From the NCBI GenBank assembly GCA_963729415.1, contig CAVSOD010000013.1, forward strand, positions 14,784 through 78,783: a stretch of DNA of 64,000 nt, given 5' to 3'. The translations under genes and the position numbers were made by a program. The stretch is from an uncultured Acidobacteriota bacterium (lineage in GTDB: Bacteria > Acidobacteriota > Terriglobia > Terriglobales > Acidobacteriaceae). Position 1 is the first letter of the stretch. Each line of letters starts with the position of its first letter. The notes below the pieces were generated by a model that had not been told where the DNA came from, did not search any database, and was given only the letters and a program-made list of their open reading frames with translations. Positions 53,402-63,001 of the stretch are shown piece by piece.

Positions 53402-54175
53402 ATGAAATTCGATCCGAAACTTGGTGTGCATCGGACCGAGGACATGGGCTTCCGCTACGACAAAGATGTCTTCGGCCCGCAGCCGGAGCTTCGCCGCCTC
53501 GACGACATCCGGCGGAGTTTGCGGGACCCAGAGTGTGCGGGACCTGATCCGGTTTACTCCATCGTGATGGACGTTGGCCGCAACGCAGACCGCGACGAAC
53601 TGAAACGTCGCATGCTGCTCTTCGGCGTGGTCACGTATGCATCGGGACGTCTAGGAGACGAACCGGTTCGCAGTCAGGGACACGTTCATGCAATCGCCCC
53701 ACACTGCGGGTGGTCCACACCGGAGATCTTCGAAGTCTGGGAAGGCGAGGCCATCATTTACGCACAAGAGAGGGCTTCTTACGACCCTGGGCGCTGTGTT
53801 GTGATCCGAGCGGTCGCCGGACAAAAGGTCGTCGTGCCTCCTAGATGGGCGCACTGTGTCATCAATGCCGATCCCGAAACCCGTATGACTTTCGGAGCCT
53901 GGTGTGACCGGCAATACGGATTTCTCTACGATGATATTCGCGCGCGCGGCGGGCTGGCATGGTTTCCTCTGCTGGATGCGCAACACAACATTCATTGGGA
54001 ACCCAATCCAAGATATTCCTCGTCAAAGCTTGCAGTCCGAGAGCCACGGCCCTACCCGGAGTTGGGCCTCTCGTCGGCGCCGCTCTATGAACAATTCATG
54101 AAAAATCCGGAGAGCGTACAGTGGGTTGCGAACCCAGGGCGGTTGTGCGCAGTGTGGGATAAATTCGAACCCTGA
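53402..54175 (+). CDS. second, longer cupin-type PGI-family paralogue (~257 aa)
   Basis: ...SQGHVHAIAPHCGWSTPEIFEVWEGEAIIY...VVVPPRWAHCVINA... keeps the His/His/Glu/His cupin ligand pattern. An alternative TTG start at 53390 overlaps the previous stop. Confidence 0.65.
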   Translation: MKFDPKLGVHRTEDMGFRYDKDVFGPQPELRRLDDIRRSLRDPECAGPDPVYSIVMDVGRNADRDELKRRMLLFGVVTYASGRLGDEPVRSQGHVHAIAPHCGWSTPEIFEVWEGEAIIYAQERASYDPGRCVVIRAVAGQKVVVPPRWAHCVINADPETRMTFGAWCDRQYGFLYDDIRARGGLAWFPLLDAQHNIHWEPNPRYSSSKLAVREPRPYPELGLSSAPLYEQFMKNPESVQWVANPGRLCAVWDKFEP

Positions 54176-54177
54176 GT

Positions 54178-55509
54178 TCAGTCTGCCATTCCCAGTTTTC
54201 GTTCGAGCGACTCCAAAGAAACACCCGTCGTGTCGGGATAAACTGTCGCGATCAGCAGCACGTCCAAAAACATCATTGCCCCAAAGAAGAAGAATGGAGT
54301 TGCGCTCGATTTGGCAGCGAGCACTGGGAACACGGCGGAGATGAAAGCGTTCGTTACCCACAAAGTCGAAGTCCCCACGGCTTGGCCCTTGGCACGAACC
54401 CGCGTGGGAAAAACCTCGCTCATGTACACCCAGATGACGGCGCCCTGGGATATCGCGAAGCATCCCATAAAACCGATGAGCAGCCAGATCAGCCATTCTC
54501 CGTGAGTTCCACTGCGAAAGATCTGGCCGATGACGACGAGAAAAATGCATACCCCCGCAGTTCCCGCGAGTAGAAGCTTTTTGCGCCCCAGCTTGTCGAT
54601 CAGCGTCATGGCCACGAGCGTAAAGAAGAGGTTCGTGCATCCGATGATGACCGACTGCATGCCAGCCGAATACTTGCTCGCGCCGGCGGCAGCGAAGATG
54701 TCGTTCAGGTAGTACAGGCAGGCGTTGATGCCGGTGAGCTGGTTGAAGGCACCCGCAGTCATGGCGAGAATGATCGGCAGCATATACTTCTTCTGAAAGA
54801 GAGGTTCGCCCACCGATGCCCGCTCGAGGTGAATGGATTGGACAATCTCTCCAAGTTCGCGCTCGGGGTCATCGGTCCCGGTGAGGCGTAACACATCCAG
54901 CGCTTCCGTGGTGCGACCTTGCATCGCCAGCCAGCGTGGACTGCGAGGGATGAAAAACAGCATCACCAGGAACAGAAGTGCGGGTGCAGCCGCGATCCCC
55001 AGCATCCATCGCCACTCCACCAGTCCGAGGCTCATTCTGCCAATCAGGAAGTTGGAGAGATACGCGACCAGAATTCCGACCACAATATTCACTTGAAAGA
55101 AGCCGACGAGTCGCCCGCGCCATTTCGGAGGTGACAACTCGGCGATGTACATAGGGGCCAGCACGGAAGATCCGCCAATCCCCAAGCCACCGATGATGCG
55201 AAAGAACAGGAGCGAAGGCCAGTTCCAGGCAAAAGCGCATCCCAGAGCCGACAACATATAGAAGATCGCCATGATTCTCAGGCTGTCGCGGCGTCCGATC
55301 TTCTGGCCCGGATAGCCGGCTGTCATCGCGCCGATGACCGTTCCCCACAGCGCGCTGGACACAGTGAGCCCGAGCAGCGATGGGCTCAGGTGGTACACCT
55401 CCGTGAGTTGATGGGTCGTGCCAGCGATCACCGCCGTGTCAAAGCCAAACAACAATCCCCCGAGGGCGCTTACGAACGTGCTTTTGGCCACGTGCCGGTT
55501 GATGCCCAT
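54178..55509 (-). CDS. MFS sugar-porter-family transporter
   Basis: 12-TM layout, GRRDSL and PRSPRWL signature motifs. Confidence 0.8.
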   Translation of the reverse strand: MGINRHVAKSTFVSALGGLLFGFDTAVIAGTTHQLTEVYHLSPSLLGLTVSSALWGTVIGAMTAGYPGQKIGRRDSLRIMAIFYMLSALGCAFAWNWPSLLFFRIIGGLGIGGSSVLAPMYIAELSPPKWRGRLVGFFQVNIVVGILVAYLSNFLIGRMSLGLVEWRWMLGIAAAPALLFLVMLFFIPRSPRWLAMQGRTTEALDVLRLTGTDDPERELGEIVQSIHLERASVGEPLFQKKYMLPIILAMTAGAFNQLTGINACLYYLNDIFAAAGASKYSAGMQSVIIGCTNLFFTLVAMTLIDKLGRKKLLLAGTAGVCIFLVVIGQIFRSGTHGEWLIWLLIGFMGCFAISQGAVIWVYMSEVFPTRVRAKGQAVGTSTLWVTNAFISAVFPVLAAKSSATPFFFFGAMMFLDVLLIATVYPDTTGVSLESLERKLGMAD

Positions 55510-55522
55510 GCGCTCGATTTCC

Positions 55523-55550
55523 TTTCGCTAATGACCGAATCCTAGCGAAA
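55523..55550. promoter_or_regulatory. 8-bp inverted repeat TTTCGCTA-N12-TAGCGAAA in the divergent MFS / Tat-protein intergenic region
   Basis: Read directly. A TTGACA hexamer follows about 25 nt downstream. Confidence 0.35.
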
Positions 55551-55644
55551 AGAACATAAAACGTCCATGACATTGACAGAACGGATGCTATAAAGTTGCG
55601 ATATAGCCAGATAAGCTCTTGCATTCACCTTCGAAGGGATCGCG

Positions 55645-57888
55645 ATGCCTCCCGATCACGACGTAAACCGGCGCCTGTTTCTGAAGCTTGGTGGCGCTGG
55701 TACCGCCCTCGCGGCCTTGAACCTGCATGGAGTCTCCACGGCTAGTTCCCGTGAGATCCAGTCGCGGCTCAAGAACCTGCCCTCTCCGCCCGGACTCTCC
55801 GATCTGGCCTCGGACCGATTGGCCTACCAGTTTCGCGACCTCTTCAACTGTCCGGCTGCGATGAACGAATACGGATATGCCCAGGTGGGAAAGTCCGTTG
55901 CCGCGGTCACTGCTATTTCGTTTCCACCCTACGCCTGCTGCGGGCCGCCGGAAATGGAATGGAGTCCGGGTTATCTATTGACATGCGAATTGTTCGTGAA
56001 TGGTCGCTTTGTCGCCATCTCTGCTGCTCCAGATGGCACCGTCGAATATCAATGGTTTCCCCATTGTGTGGTGCGGAACCAGACGGTCGACAATCTGCGA
56101 TTCACCACGCGAATGTTTCTTCCCGCTAAACAACGGGCGGTTCTGCAAAGCGTCAAAGTGCAGAATTTGAGTGGATCTTCGCGTCGTTTCACCTTGAGCT
56201 TCGACCTTCGCGGTGCGGTCGCGAAGAAAACGCAACCGTGGTTTGTCAATTCGCCCGGTGAGGCCGACAACCATATCAGTTTTGATCAAAACCGAGGGTG
56301 CCTGATCTTTGAGGCGCGGCATTCGCAAGTGGCGGCAGTTCAGGGATTTCATCGGTCACCGGATCGCATCGAGCAGAAGCGAATGCTCGCCTTCGACCTG
56401 CACCTTGGTCCGAATGAGTCTCATCAGCTGAACTTTGCCGTGGCACTCGCCAAGGACGGACAGCGGGCGCTCGACCTTTACCAAACACTGCAGGCGAATT
56501 TCGCGGACATCGAAAAGCAGAGCGAAGCCTCATTTCAAAACCTTCTGCAAGCGGCTTTCACGCCGAATAACTCCGAATTCAGCGGGCATCTGCCACGACT
56601 AACAACGAAAGACGAGTCGCTTTGGAAGCTCTATCACAACGGTTTCGCGAACCTTCTGTTCGCCCGCCGCGTGTCGCCGGATTCTGTGTACGGTTCTACG
56701 TATCTGACTCTCAGTGGTCACGTCCTTCCAACCCTCAGCTTTCCGTGGGATACCTCCCTGACCTCACTCTCTCTGGCTCTTCTGGACCCTGTTCCACTTC
56801 GGAAACTGGTCGAAGTCTGGTTGAGTCTTCCCATGCACGAGCATCATTCCAGCGATTACGTTAGCGGCCAAGCCGTAGGCCCGTGGTACGCAGTCAACGA
56901 TACCGCGATCGTGCGCTGTGCGTGGAGCTATGTCTGTGTGAGTGGGGACTTCTCCTGGCTCGACAAGAAAATCGGAGATGAGACTATTCTCGAGCGACTC
57001 GAAGGCCACGCCCTCTACTGGAAGAAGCTGGACCGCTCCGGTCACGGTTTTGCCGACTACGGCAAGATTGAAAATCTGCTGGAAGTGGTGAGTACGTACC
57101 TTCACGAAGTCGCAGGAATGAATGCCAACAATGTTCAAGCCATGCGGGCCGTGGCCGGCATGCACGAACACCGCGGGGATGCAGGACGGGCGCGAGAACT
57201 GCGCACCGAAGCGAAAAGCCTGGCGGACCGCATCAATCGAGAACTCTACGTAGAGGAGAGGGGTTACTGGCGTTGTCGACAGCCGGATGGGTCCTTCAAC
57301 GAGGTCCGCCATTGCTATGACTTTCTGGCGATTATCGACAGCATGGGGGATGACCTCTCTCCCTCGCAGCGGCGACAAATGGCGGATTTCTTCTGGCGTG
57401 AACTACACACAGAGAAATGGATGCGTGCTCTTTCACAAAGCGACCCCGACGCCACCTGGAACATCCGTCCTGACCACAGCTGCCTGGGGGCCTATGGGGC
57501 GTGGCCCGCGATGACGGCCAGAGGACTGTACAAGATTGGTCACTCGGGCAAGGTTGTGGCGTGGTTGCGAGAGGTGGCCAAGGCAGGAAATCAAGGGCCG
57601 ATCGGGCAAGGTCACTTTGTCGAGGACGTGTTTCCTCCAGTGAACGGCGGCGCGCGCAAAGCCTCGGAGGATCCACCTTATATTGAGGACTGGAGCTGTA
57701 TTGCTGCGGGCGCGTTCAGCGATCTGGTGATCGACTCGATCTTCGGCGCCGAGCTGTCCCTGACCCAGGGGATCTGCGTGAACTCACGAATCGCTGACTT
57801 CGATCCGGACGCGCGCTTAGAAGGTCTGCATTACCAGGGAGAACTCTACACGGTGACGAAGAACGGAGCGCGCAAAGAACCAGCCTGA
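55645..57888 (+). CDS. Tat-exported 747-aa protein of unknown function, possibly (alpha/alpha)6 six-hairpin glycosidase-like
   Basis: Canonical twin-arginine motif NRRLFLKLGGAGTALAA. The helical C-terminal half resembles six-hairpin glycosidases, but only loosely. Confidence 0.4.
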   Translation: MPPDHDVNRRLFLKLGGAGTALAALNLHGVSTASSREIQSRLKNLPSPPGLSDLASDRLAYQFRDLFNCPAAMNEYGYAQVGKSVAAVTAISFPPYACCGPPEMEWSPGYLLTCELFVNGRFVAISAAPDGTVEYQWFPHCVVRNQTVDNLRFTTRMFLPAKQRAVLQSVKVQNLSGSSRRFTLSFDLRGAVAKKTQPWFVNSPGEADNHISFDQNRGCLIFEARHSQVAAVQGFHRSPDRIEQKRMLAFDLHLGPNESHQLNFAVALAKDGQRALDLYQTLQANFADIEKQSEASFQNLLQAAFTPNNSEFSGHLPRLTTKDESLWKLYHNGFANLLFARRVSPDSVYGSTYLTLSGHVLPTLSFPWDTSLTSLSLALLDPVPLRKLVEVWLSLPMHEHHSSDYVSGQAVGPWYAVNDTAIVRCAWSYVCVSGDFSWLDKKIGDETILERLEGHALYWKKLDRSGHGFADYGKIENLLEVVSTYLHEVAGMNANNVQAMRAVAGMHEHRGDAGRARELRTEAKSLADRINRELYVEERGYWRCRQPDGSFNEVRHCYDFLAIIDSMGDDLSPSQRRQMADFFWRELHTEKWMRALSQSDPDATWNIRPDHSCLGAYGAWPAMTARGLYKIGHSGKVVAWLREVAKAGNQGPIGQGHFVEDVFPPVNGGARKASEDPPYIEDWSCIAAGAFSDLVIDSIFGAELSLTQGICVNSRIADFDPDARLEGLHYQGELYTVTKNGARKEPA

Positions 57889-57890
57889 GT

Positions 57891-58745
57891 TCACACACGC
57901 ATTATTTCGATTCCGAGTTTCTGGAACGGCTCAATCGCGCTGTCTGCCGCCTTTGTATCCGTAATGAGGACGTTCAGTTCACTGGCATTGCAAATACGCC
58001 AATTTGCGACAACCCCAAGCTTTTCGCTGTCTACAACCGCCACGCGGCGTCGCGCCAATCGCATCATTGTCGCATTAAGTTCCGCTTCATCGGCGTTGAA
58101 GCAACTGGCGCCCCATTCGGCATCCATGCCATCGGCTCCAATGAACATGGTGTTAATCAGCATGTTCTCCAGGGACTTCAGCGCGGCCGATCCGACGAGA
58201 GAGAACCACTCTCCATGAAGGTGCCCTCCTGTCACGAATACGTAGACGTCCTTTCTTTTGGAGAGTTCCATGGCTACATTCACCGTGTTGGTAACCACCG
58301 TGATGTTGTAATTCATCGGCAATCCGCGAATCACTTCGGTGGTCGTGGTACCGGGAGTCAGTGCGATGGTTTCGCCGGGAGTGATCAAGGCGGCTGCAGC
58401 ACGCCCGATCCGGCGCTTCTCCTCTGCGGCACGCTCCACTTGTGCCATGAACGACTGATCGCGGCGAAAGGGCTCGTAAAACAACGGCTCAATCGATACC
58501 GCGCCGCCATGGGTTCGTTGCAGGAGCCCTTTTTGTTCCAACGCATCCAGATCCCGCCGAATGGTCACTACTGACACGCCCAACTGCCCACTCATGGAAT
58601 CTACGGAAACTCGCCCGGACTGCTGCAGAGCAGTGAGTATCGTCGTGAACCGGGTCTGCTGCTTGTCCGATGACACCATGGCCGCCGAACCAGAATTTCC
58701 GTCGCCAGCGTGTCCGCTCGCTTGCCGAGACTTGGCCAGTGTCAT
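57891..58745 (-). CDS. DeoR/GlpR-family transcriptional regulator
   Basis: ...VSVDSMSGQLGVSVVTIRRDLDALEQKGLLQRTHGGAV wHTH plus a sugar-phosphate-binding C-domain. Start taken at MTLAK (the ORF track extends to 58793). Confidence 0.8.
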   Translation of the reverse strand: MTLAKSRQASGHAGDGNSGSAAMVSSDKQQTRFTTILTALQQSGRVSVDSMSGQLGVSVVTIRRDLDALEQKGLLQRTHGGAVSIEPLFYEPFRRDQSFMAQVERAAEEKRRIGRAAAALITPGETIALTPGTTTTEVIRGLPMNYNITVVTNTVNVAMELSKRKDVYVFVTGGHLHGEWFSLVGSAALKSLENMLINTMFIGADGMDAEWGASCFNADEAELNATMMRLARRRVAVVDSEKLGVVANWRICNASELNVLITDTKAADSAIEPFQKLGIEIMRV

Positions 58746-59879
58746 GGTCCCCCCCTTATGCCAATCAAAAAAGAAAAGCAAAAATGGCCGCAAGGGTTTC
58801 GTTTTGCGTCCAAACGAAAGTCCATGTTAGAGATGGTACCCGACATTTGAGCAAATACCAACTCACCCTCTCGCGAACGCTGAAGGGTTAATCCATGTAT
58901 GAAGGAAAAGAATGTTGCGCGGAAGGAATCGAATGTAGCCGGGAACGTAGTTTTAAAGACCTGCGAGGAAATCTGAGGGGAGCGCACGGGAGTCAAAAAC
59001 TGTATGGCACCCCTCGGTATTGTTCCCCTAAGGTCCCCTCGTTGGATGAACGCACAATTTCCTGCACGCATGGCAATGCACCAAACTCATGACTACACGC
59101 CCTGTTTCCGTTACCTCTGCTCTGCAGGAACCCACGACTTGTGCGCTCGTGAACGGAGAGTCGACGGCCGAGACCGCGTCTGCGGTTGTCCGTGCCACAA
59201 CGACAAGCAGCCCCGTCCCCCTTCGGACCCAATGGACCTCGTCCGGGCGTTCTGGCGTGTCCTTTTGGCGTTTCTCCCATTTCCCATTGAGATTGAGCCG
59301 GGCTGGGATCCCATTTCCACCCCGCGCTTCGCTGGTTTTCCGGTGAACATCCCCTGTGCCGACTTGCGCGCAAAGCAGGCCTGAAATGCGCGACTTAATA
59401 TTCGACCGGTAACCTCTTCGTCGAGAACTCGCAGAGGAGCCAAGGATGCGCTACTACCCCGGCAAGCTAGTCCGTTCTGGGTCGAAGTGATCATCACCAA
59501 GAAGAACGGAGATATCGTGACCCGCAAGTACCGCCGAAAAGAATTGATATGCTAAGCATCCGGTCCGGATTTCCAGAAAGCCATGCTTCACACGACAATC
59601 TTCGGACTGGAAGAAAACGATCTGCATGCCCACAACGGCAGCGTCCGAGAAGGCCGTTATTGCTTTTGTCAGGTTTACGCCATAAAGGACTTCGTATCCG
59701 TCGATAAGCATCGAGCGGCTGTGGATTCCGGCGCGGAGCAATTGAAGTCTCAGGTAGTTTCACGGATTACGGGACGACCGCTCTTCGGCGCGCTCTGGCT
59801 CCGGTTTGACCGGCAGTCAATACCCAGCCTGTCACTGCGGGGCGCTTACGTGCCCGCGAAATCTCATGAAAGTTTCGTT

Positions 59880-62618
59880 TTACGGCTTGGATTCCTGCAA
59901 GAGCACCACATCAGAATCGGTGTGGCCGCGCAGGATGCCAAGCTTCTTGCCATCCGGCGACCAGTGAAACGAGAGGATTTGCTCGGAGTTGAAGTGTGTA
60001 ATCTGATGGCCAGGACTACCGTCGACGGGCTGAATCCAGACGTTATCCACACCATTCTCTTTGACTGGGTAGGCGACCGACTTTCCGTCTGCTGTGAATT
60101 GCACACCTTTGGAAATTCTCGGATTGGCGTCGAACATGCGTGGCGAACGAAGCGTCGCGATATCCAGCAGGGCGATTTTATCCGTGCTGTTTGCGGTGAC
60201 CGTGTTCGTGGTCGCAACCACGTACACTAGGGTCTTTCCATCGGGCGAAATGCCGATGCCGCGCCCCGCTAGATACCCGCTTTCCACACTGCTGCTGGGA
60301 ATTGGTTCTGGTTTGCCGGAGCCATCCAGGGGAACACGCGAAAGCTGCTTCACACCGGGCCAGTAATACACCCAGTTCGAATTGGCGGAACACACTGGAA
60401 ACGTGTCAAACCTTTCGTCAGCCAGCTTAATAGGATTCGAGCCGTCTGCATTGATACGCCAGATCCCGACCGTGTTGCCGCTGTGAAATGCCCAGGGGAA
60501 AACGATGAATTGGGTGCCGCACGGGGAAAGACTGAGGATATTCGCTGCCGGATCAATGACCACTTGGGTGGGATTTTGCCCGTTCGGGTCGCTGCGCACG
60601 AGCTCCGTCAAGTCGGATGTGAGTAGGCCCCCGTCTACTGTCCAATTAAAAAATCGGATGTGTTCGCCGCCGGATCCCGACGGAGGGATGTCCGCGGACG
60701 TGCTGCCCTGGCCGGGCAAGACATAAAAATTGCTCACCACCTTCTGCTGAACTGTGGCTAAGGTCCTTCCGTCAGCCGAAAGGGTCAAGGTCGCATAGCT
60801 GTTGGTGTCACGGGAAATCGGACGCAACTGGCCGTCAGGCAGCGCGACGTAACCAATCTGGCGGCGATTGAAGTTGGGTCCTTTTTGCTGGTAGATGACA
60901 AACAGGCCATCCCCATCAGGCGACCATGCCATCTCCCAGATCGCCTTGTCAGCAAAAGTTAGGGTTTTGATTTTTCCTGAATCCCGGTCGAGAAGATTGA
61001 TTCCCCCGAGCGCGTCGCCCGGCTGGAGTTCAGGATATGCGATCTGTTTGCCGTTGGGGGACCAGGCCAGCCACCTAGCGAGAGAACCCATGGGCGCAAT
61101 ATGCAATACCTTTTCGTCGCTGCCATCCAGATTTGCCTCGAGCAGGCGATATTTACCTGTTTCCGGATTGTTGCCTCGGATGTAAGCCATCCGTCGGCCA
61201 TCGGGAGAAAACGCGAAGGCACTATCTACATCGTGGACTACCGCCTTTGGAGTACCGCCCAAGACCGGGGCTCGGTAAACGTTGAAATCACTGGCGATGG
61301 CATTTTCGGCTTTGCGGAAGAAGATGTAGTTTCCGTCTGGTGAGAACGCTGCATTAGGAATGGTGGCAGAAGGGGCGACGACTTGTGTATCGCTTCCGGT
61401 CGCCACGTTACGAAGCCAGAGGCTGTTCAGTCCTTTGTCGTCCATCACTGTTAGAACGTACTTCCCGTCCAGTGATATGGCGGTGACCACGGCCCGATTG
61501 GAATTTGTCACCTGCGTGATCGCGAAGTTCTGGAACGGGGTTGGCGCGGCGGAGCGAAGCAGCGAGTACAAACCTACTCCGGCCGCTGCCAGAATGATGA
61601 GCGCCGCTGTCACGGCGGCTCCATACCACCATGTGCGCTGCGGCGCAGCCGCTGCTACGGTTGCGCTGCTGGCAGTGTGAGCCGGCTGAACTGTCGGTGC
61701 CGCGGCTGCCACCTCTCCGCTACTGGCTGACATTTGTCTATTCGAATCCGTATCGCGCTTGAGTCGTTGCAGTTCCGCCCTCATGTCAGAGGCATGCTGG
61801 TAGCGCAAGTCGCGATCCTTCTCCAGGGCCCGGTTGATGATTCGTTCCAGTTCCGCGGGCACATCAGGATTGAAGCGAACAGGAGGTGCTGGAGCTCGGT
61901 TCAAGACGGCTTCAAAGATCATCCCCGAGGTGTCCCCCCGGAAGGGCAATGCGCCAGTCGCCATCTCATACAGCAACACGCCAAATGAGAACAGGTCGCT
62001 CCTGGCATCCAAGTCCTTGCCACGCACCTGCTCAGGAGACATATAAGCCACGGTGCCAAGCGCTGTTCCCGGGCTCGTAAGATGTGGCCCATCGAGCGTC
62101 CCAGTCTGTGTATAGCCCGCCACAATTTGGGTTGGAGAATTGGCCCCCGCCGTCACCTTGGCCAAACCGAAATCAAGAATCTTGGCGTGTCCGCGCTTGG
62201 TGAGGAAAATGTTGGCGGGCTTGATGTCACGATGGATGATACCTTCGCTGTGAGCTGCGTCCAGCGCGTCCGCAATCTCAATCGCCAACCCGAGCAAAAG
62301 GTCGGTTTCCAGTGGTTTTCCGGCAATCCGATGCTTCAGCGTCAGCCCGTCCAGAAACTCCATCACGATGAACGGCTTGCCATCTTGCTGTCCGATTTCG
62401 TAGATCGTGCAGATGTTGGGATGGTTTAGAGCTGAGGCTGCTTGTGCCTCCCGCTGGAACCGGGCCAATGACTGGGGATCTTGGGCGACGTTATCTGGCA
62501 GAAACTTCAAGGCGACAAAGCGGTGCAGAGTTACATCTTCCGCCTTGTAGACGACACCCATCCCACCGCCACCCACCTTCTCCACAACGCGGTAGTGCGA
62601 AATTGTTTCGCCGATCAT
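59880..62618 (-). CDS. Ser/Thr protein kinase with one TM helix and a C-terminal TolB/PD40-like beta-propeller region
   Basis: Hanks kinase motifs ([30 protein letters not shown]). TM segment [22 protein letters not shown]. Repeated ...SPDG(K/R/N)x(I/L/V)A(Y/F) blades. Confidence 0.85.
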   Translation of the reverse strand: MIGETISHYRVVEKVGGGGMGVVYKAEDVTLHRFVALKFLPDNVAQDPQSLARFQREAQAASALNHPNICTIYEIGQQDGKPFIVMEFLDGLTLKHRIAGKPLETDLLLGLAIEIADALDAAHSEGIIHRDIKPANIFLTKRGHAKILDFGLAKVTAGANSPTQIVAGYTQTGTLDGPHLTSPGTALGTVAYMSPEQVRGKDLDARSDLFSFGVLLYEMATGALPFRGDTSGMIFEAVLNRAPAPPVRFNPDVPAELERIINRALEKDRDLRYQHASDMRAELQRLKRDTDSNRQMSASSGEVAAAAPTVQPAHTASSATVAAAAPQRTWWYGAAVTAALIILAAAGVGLYSLLRSAAPTPFQNFAITQVTNSNRAVVTAISLDGKYVLTVMDDKGLNSLWLRNVATGSDTQVVAPSATIPNAAFSPDGNYIFFRKAENAIASDFNVYRAPVLGGTPKAVVHDVDSAFAFSPDGRRMAYIRGNNPETGKYRLLEANLDGSDEKVLHIAPMGSLARWLAWSPNGKQIAYPELQPGDALGGINLLDRDSGKIKTLTFADKAIWEMAWSPDGDGLFVIYQQKGPNFNRRQIGYVALPDGQLRPISRDTNSYATLTLSADGRTLATVQQKVVSNFYVLPGQGSTSADIPPSGSGGEHIRFFNWTVDGGLLTSDLTELVRSDPNGQNPTQVVIDPAANILSLSPCGTQFIVFPWAFHSGNTVGIWRINADGSNPIKLADERFDTFPVCSANSNWVYYWPGVKQLSRVPLDGSGKPEPIPSSSVESGYLAGRGIGISPDGKTLVYVVATTNTVTANSTDKIALLDIATLRSPRMFDANPRISKGVQFTADGKSVAYPVKENGVDNVWIQPVDGSPGHQITHFNSEQILSFHWSPDGKKLGILRGHTDSDVVLLQESKP

Positions 62619-63001
62619 TCGGGAGATGCCTGGCCTTCGGGTGGCCTCATCTTAAAGACGTGGCTTCTGAGAGTCAACGAATGGCGGAGCTGACTGACCG
62701 CAGGTGAGCCGAACACTCGCTTCCGCGCGGCAACCGCGGAAGGTCGAGGTATCTCTGTGCGGGGATCTGGAAGTGTTCCAGATGGGCGTCGAGTGGATTA
62801 GGACCGACAAGTCGGCGAGGCATGCCTAAACGTATTACGCACGATTTGCCCGAAATGAGCGTCTTGAAGCGCGTGACTCGAGCCTGTGAGAGCAAAACGG
62901 GGATCAAGACTGCGTTTTTTGGCCTTCTCGCAATTTCCGTCCCTTCTGCAAAATGATCAGTATAATGTCGCGTCACACCACAGGAGCCTGCTACCAAGGT
63001 G

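Noticed and set aside
58816-58826. GAAAGTCCATG, identical to part of the RNase P RNA CR-I (type B) box
   Set aside because: No other RNase P conserved regions (for example ACAGAAxxCGGCUUA) occur within the next 400 nt on either strand. Likely a chance match.
59004-59384. 126-aa Cys-rich ORF (…CGCPCHNDK…) and the overlapping 59089..59346 and 59111..59527 ORFs
   Set aside because: No SD or start context, odd composition, and mutually overlapping frames. Kept only as part of the unexplained-gap finding.
59454-59741. 95-aa minus-strand ORF downstream of the kinase gene
   Set aside because: The composition is more protein-like than its neighbours, but I recognise no family and see no ribosome-binding site. 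Insufficient support to call a CDS.
62674-62997. 107-aa minus-strand ORF, and a TATAAT hexamer at 62961-62966, between the kinase and ABC-SBP genes
   Set aside because: The ORF has no motif and overlaps the likely promoter/leader of the SBP gene. The TATAAT lacks a matching -35 at 16-18 bp, so it is not reported as a promoter.
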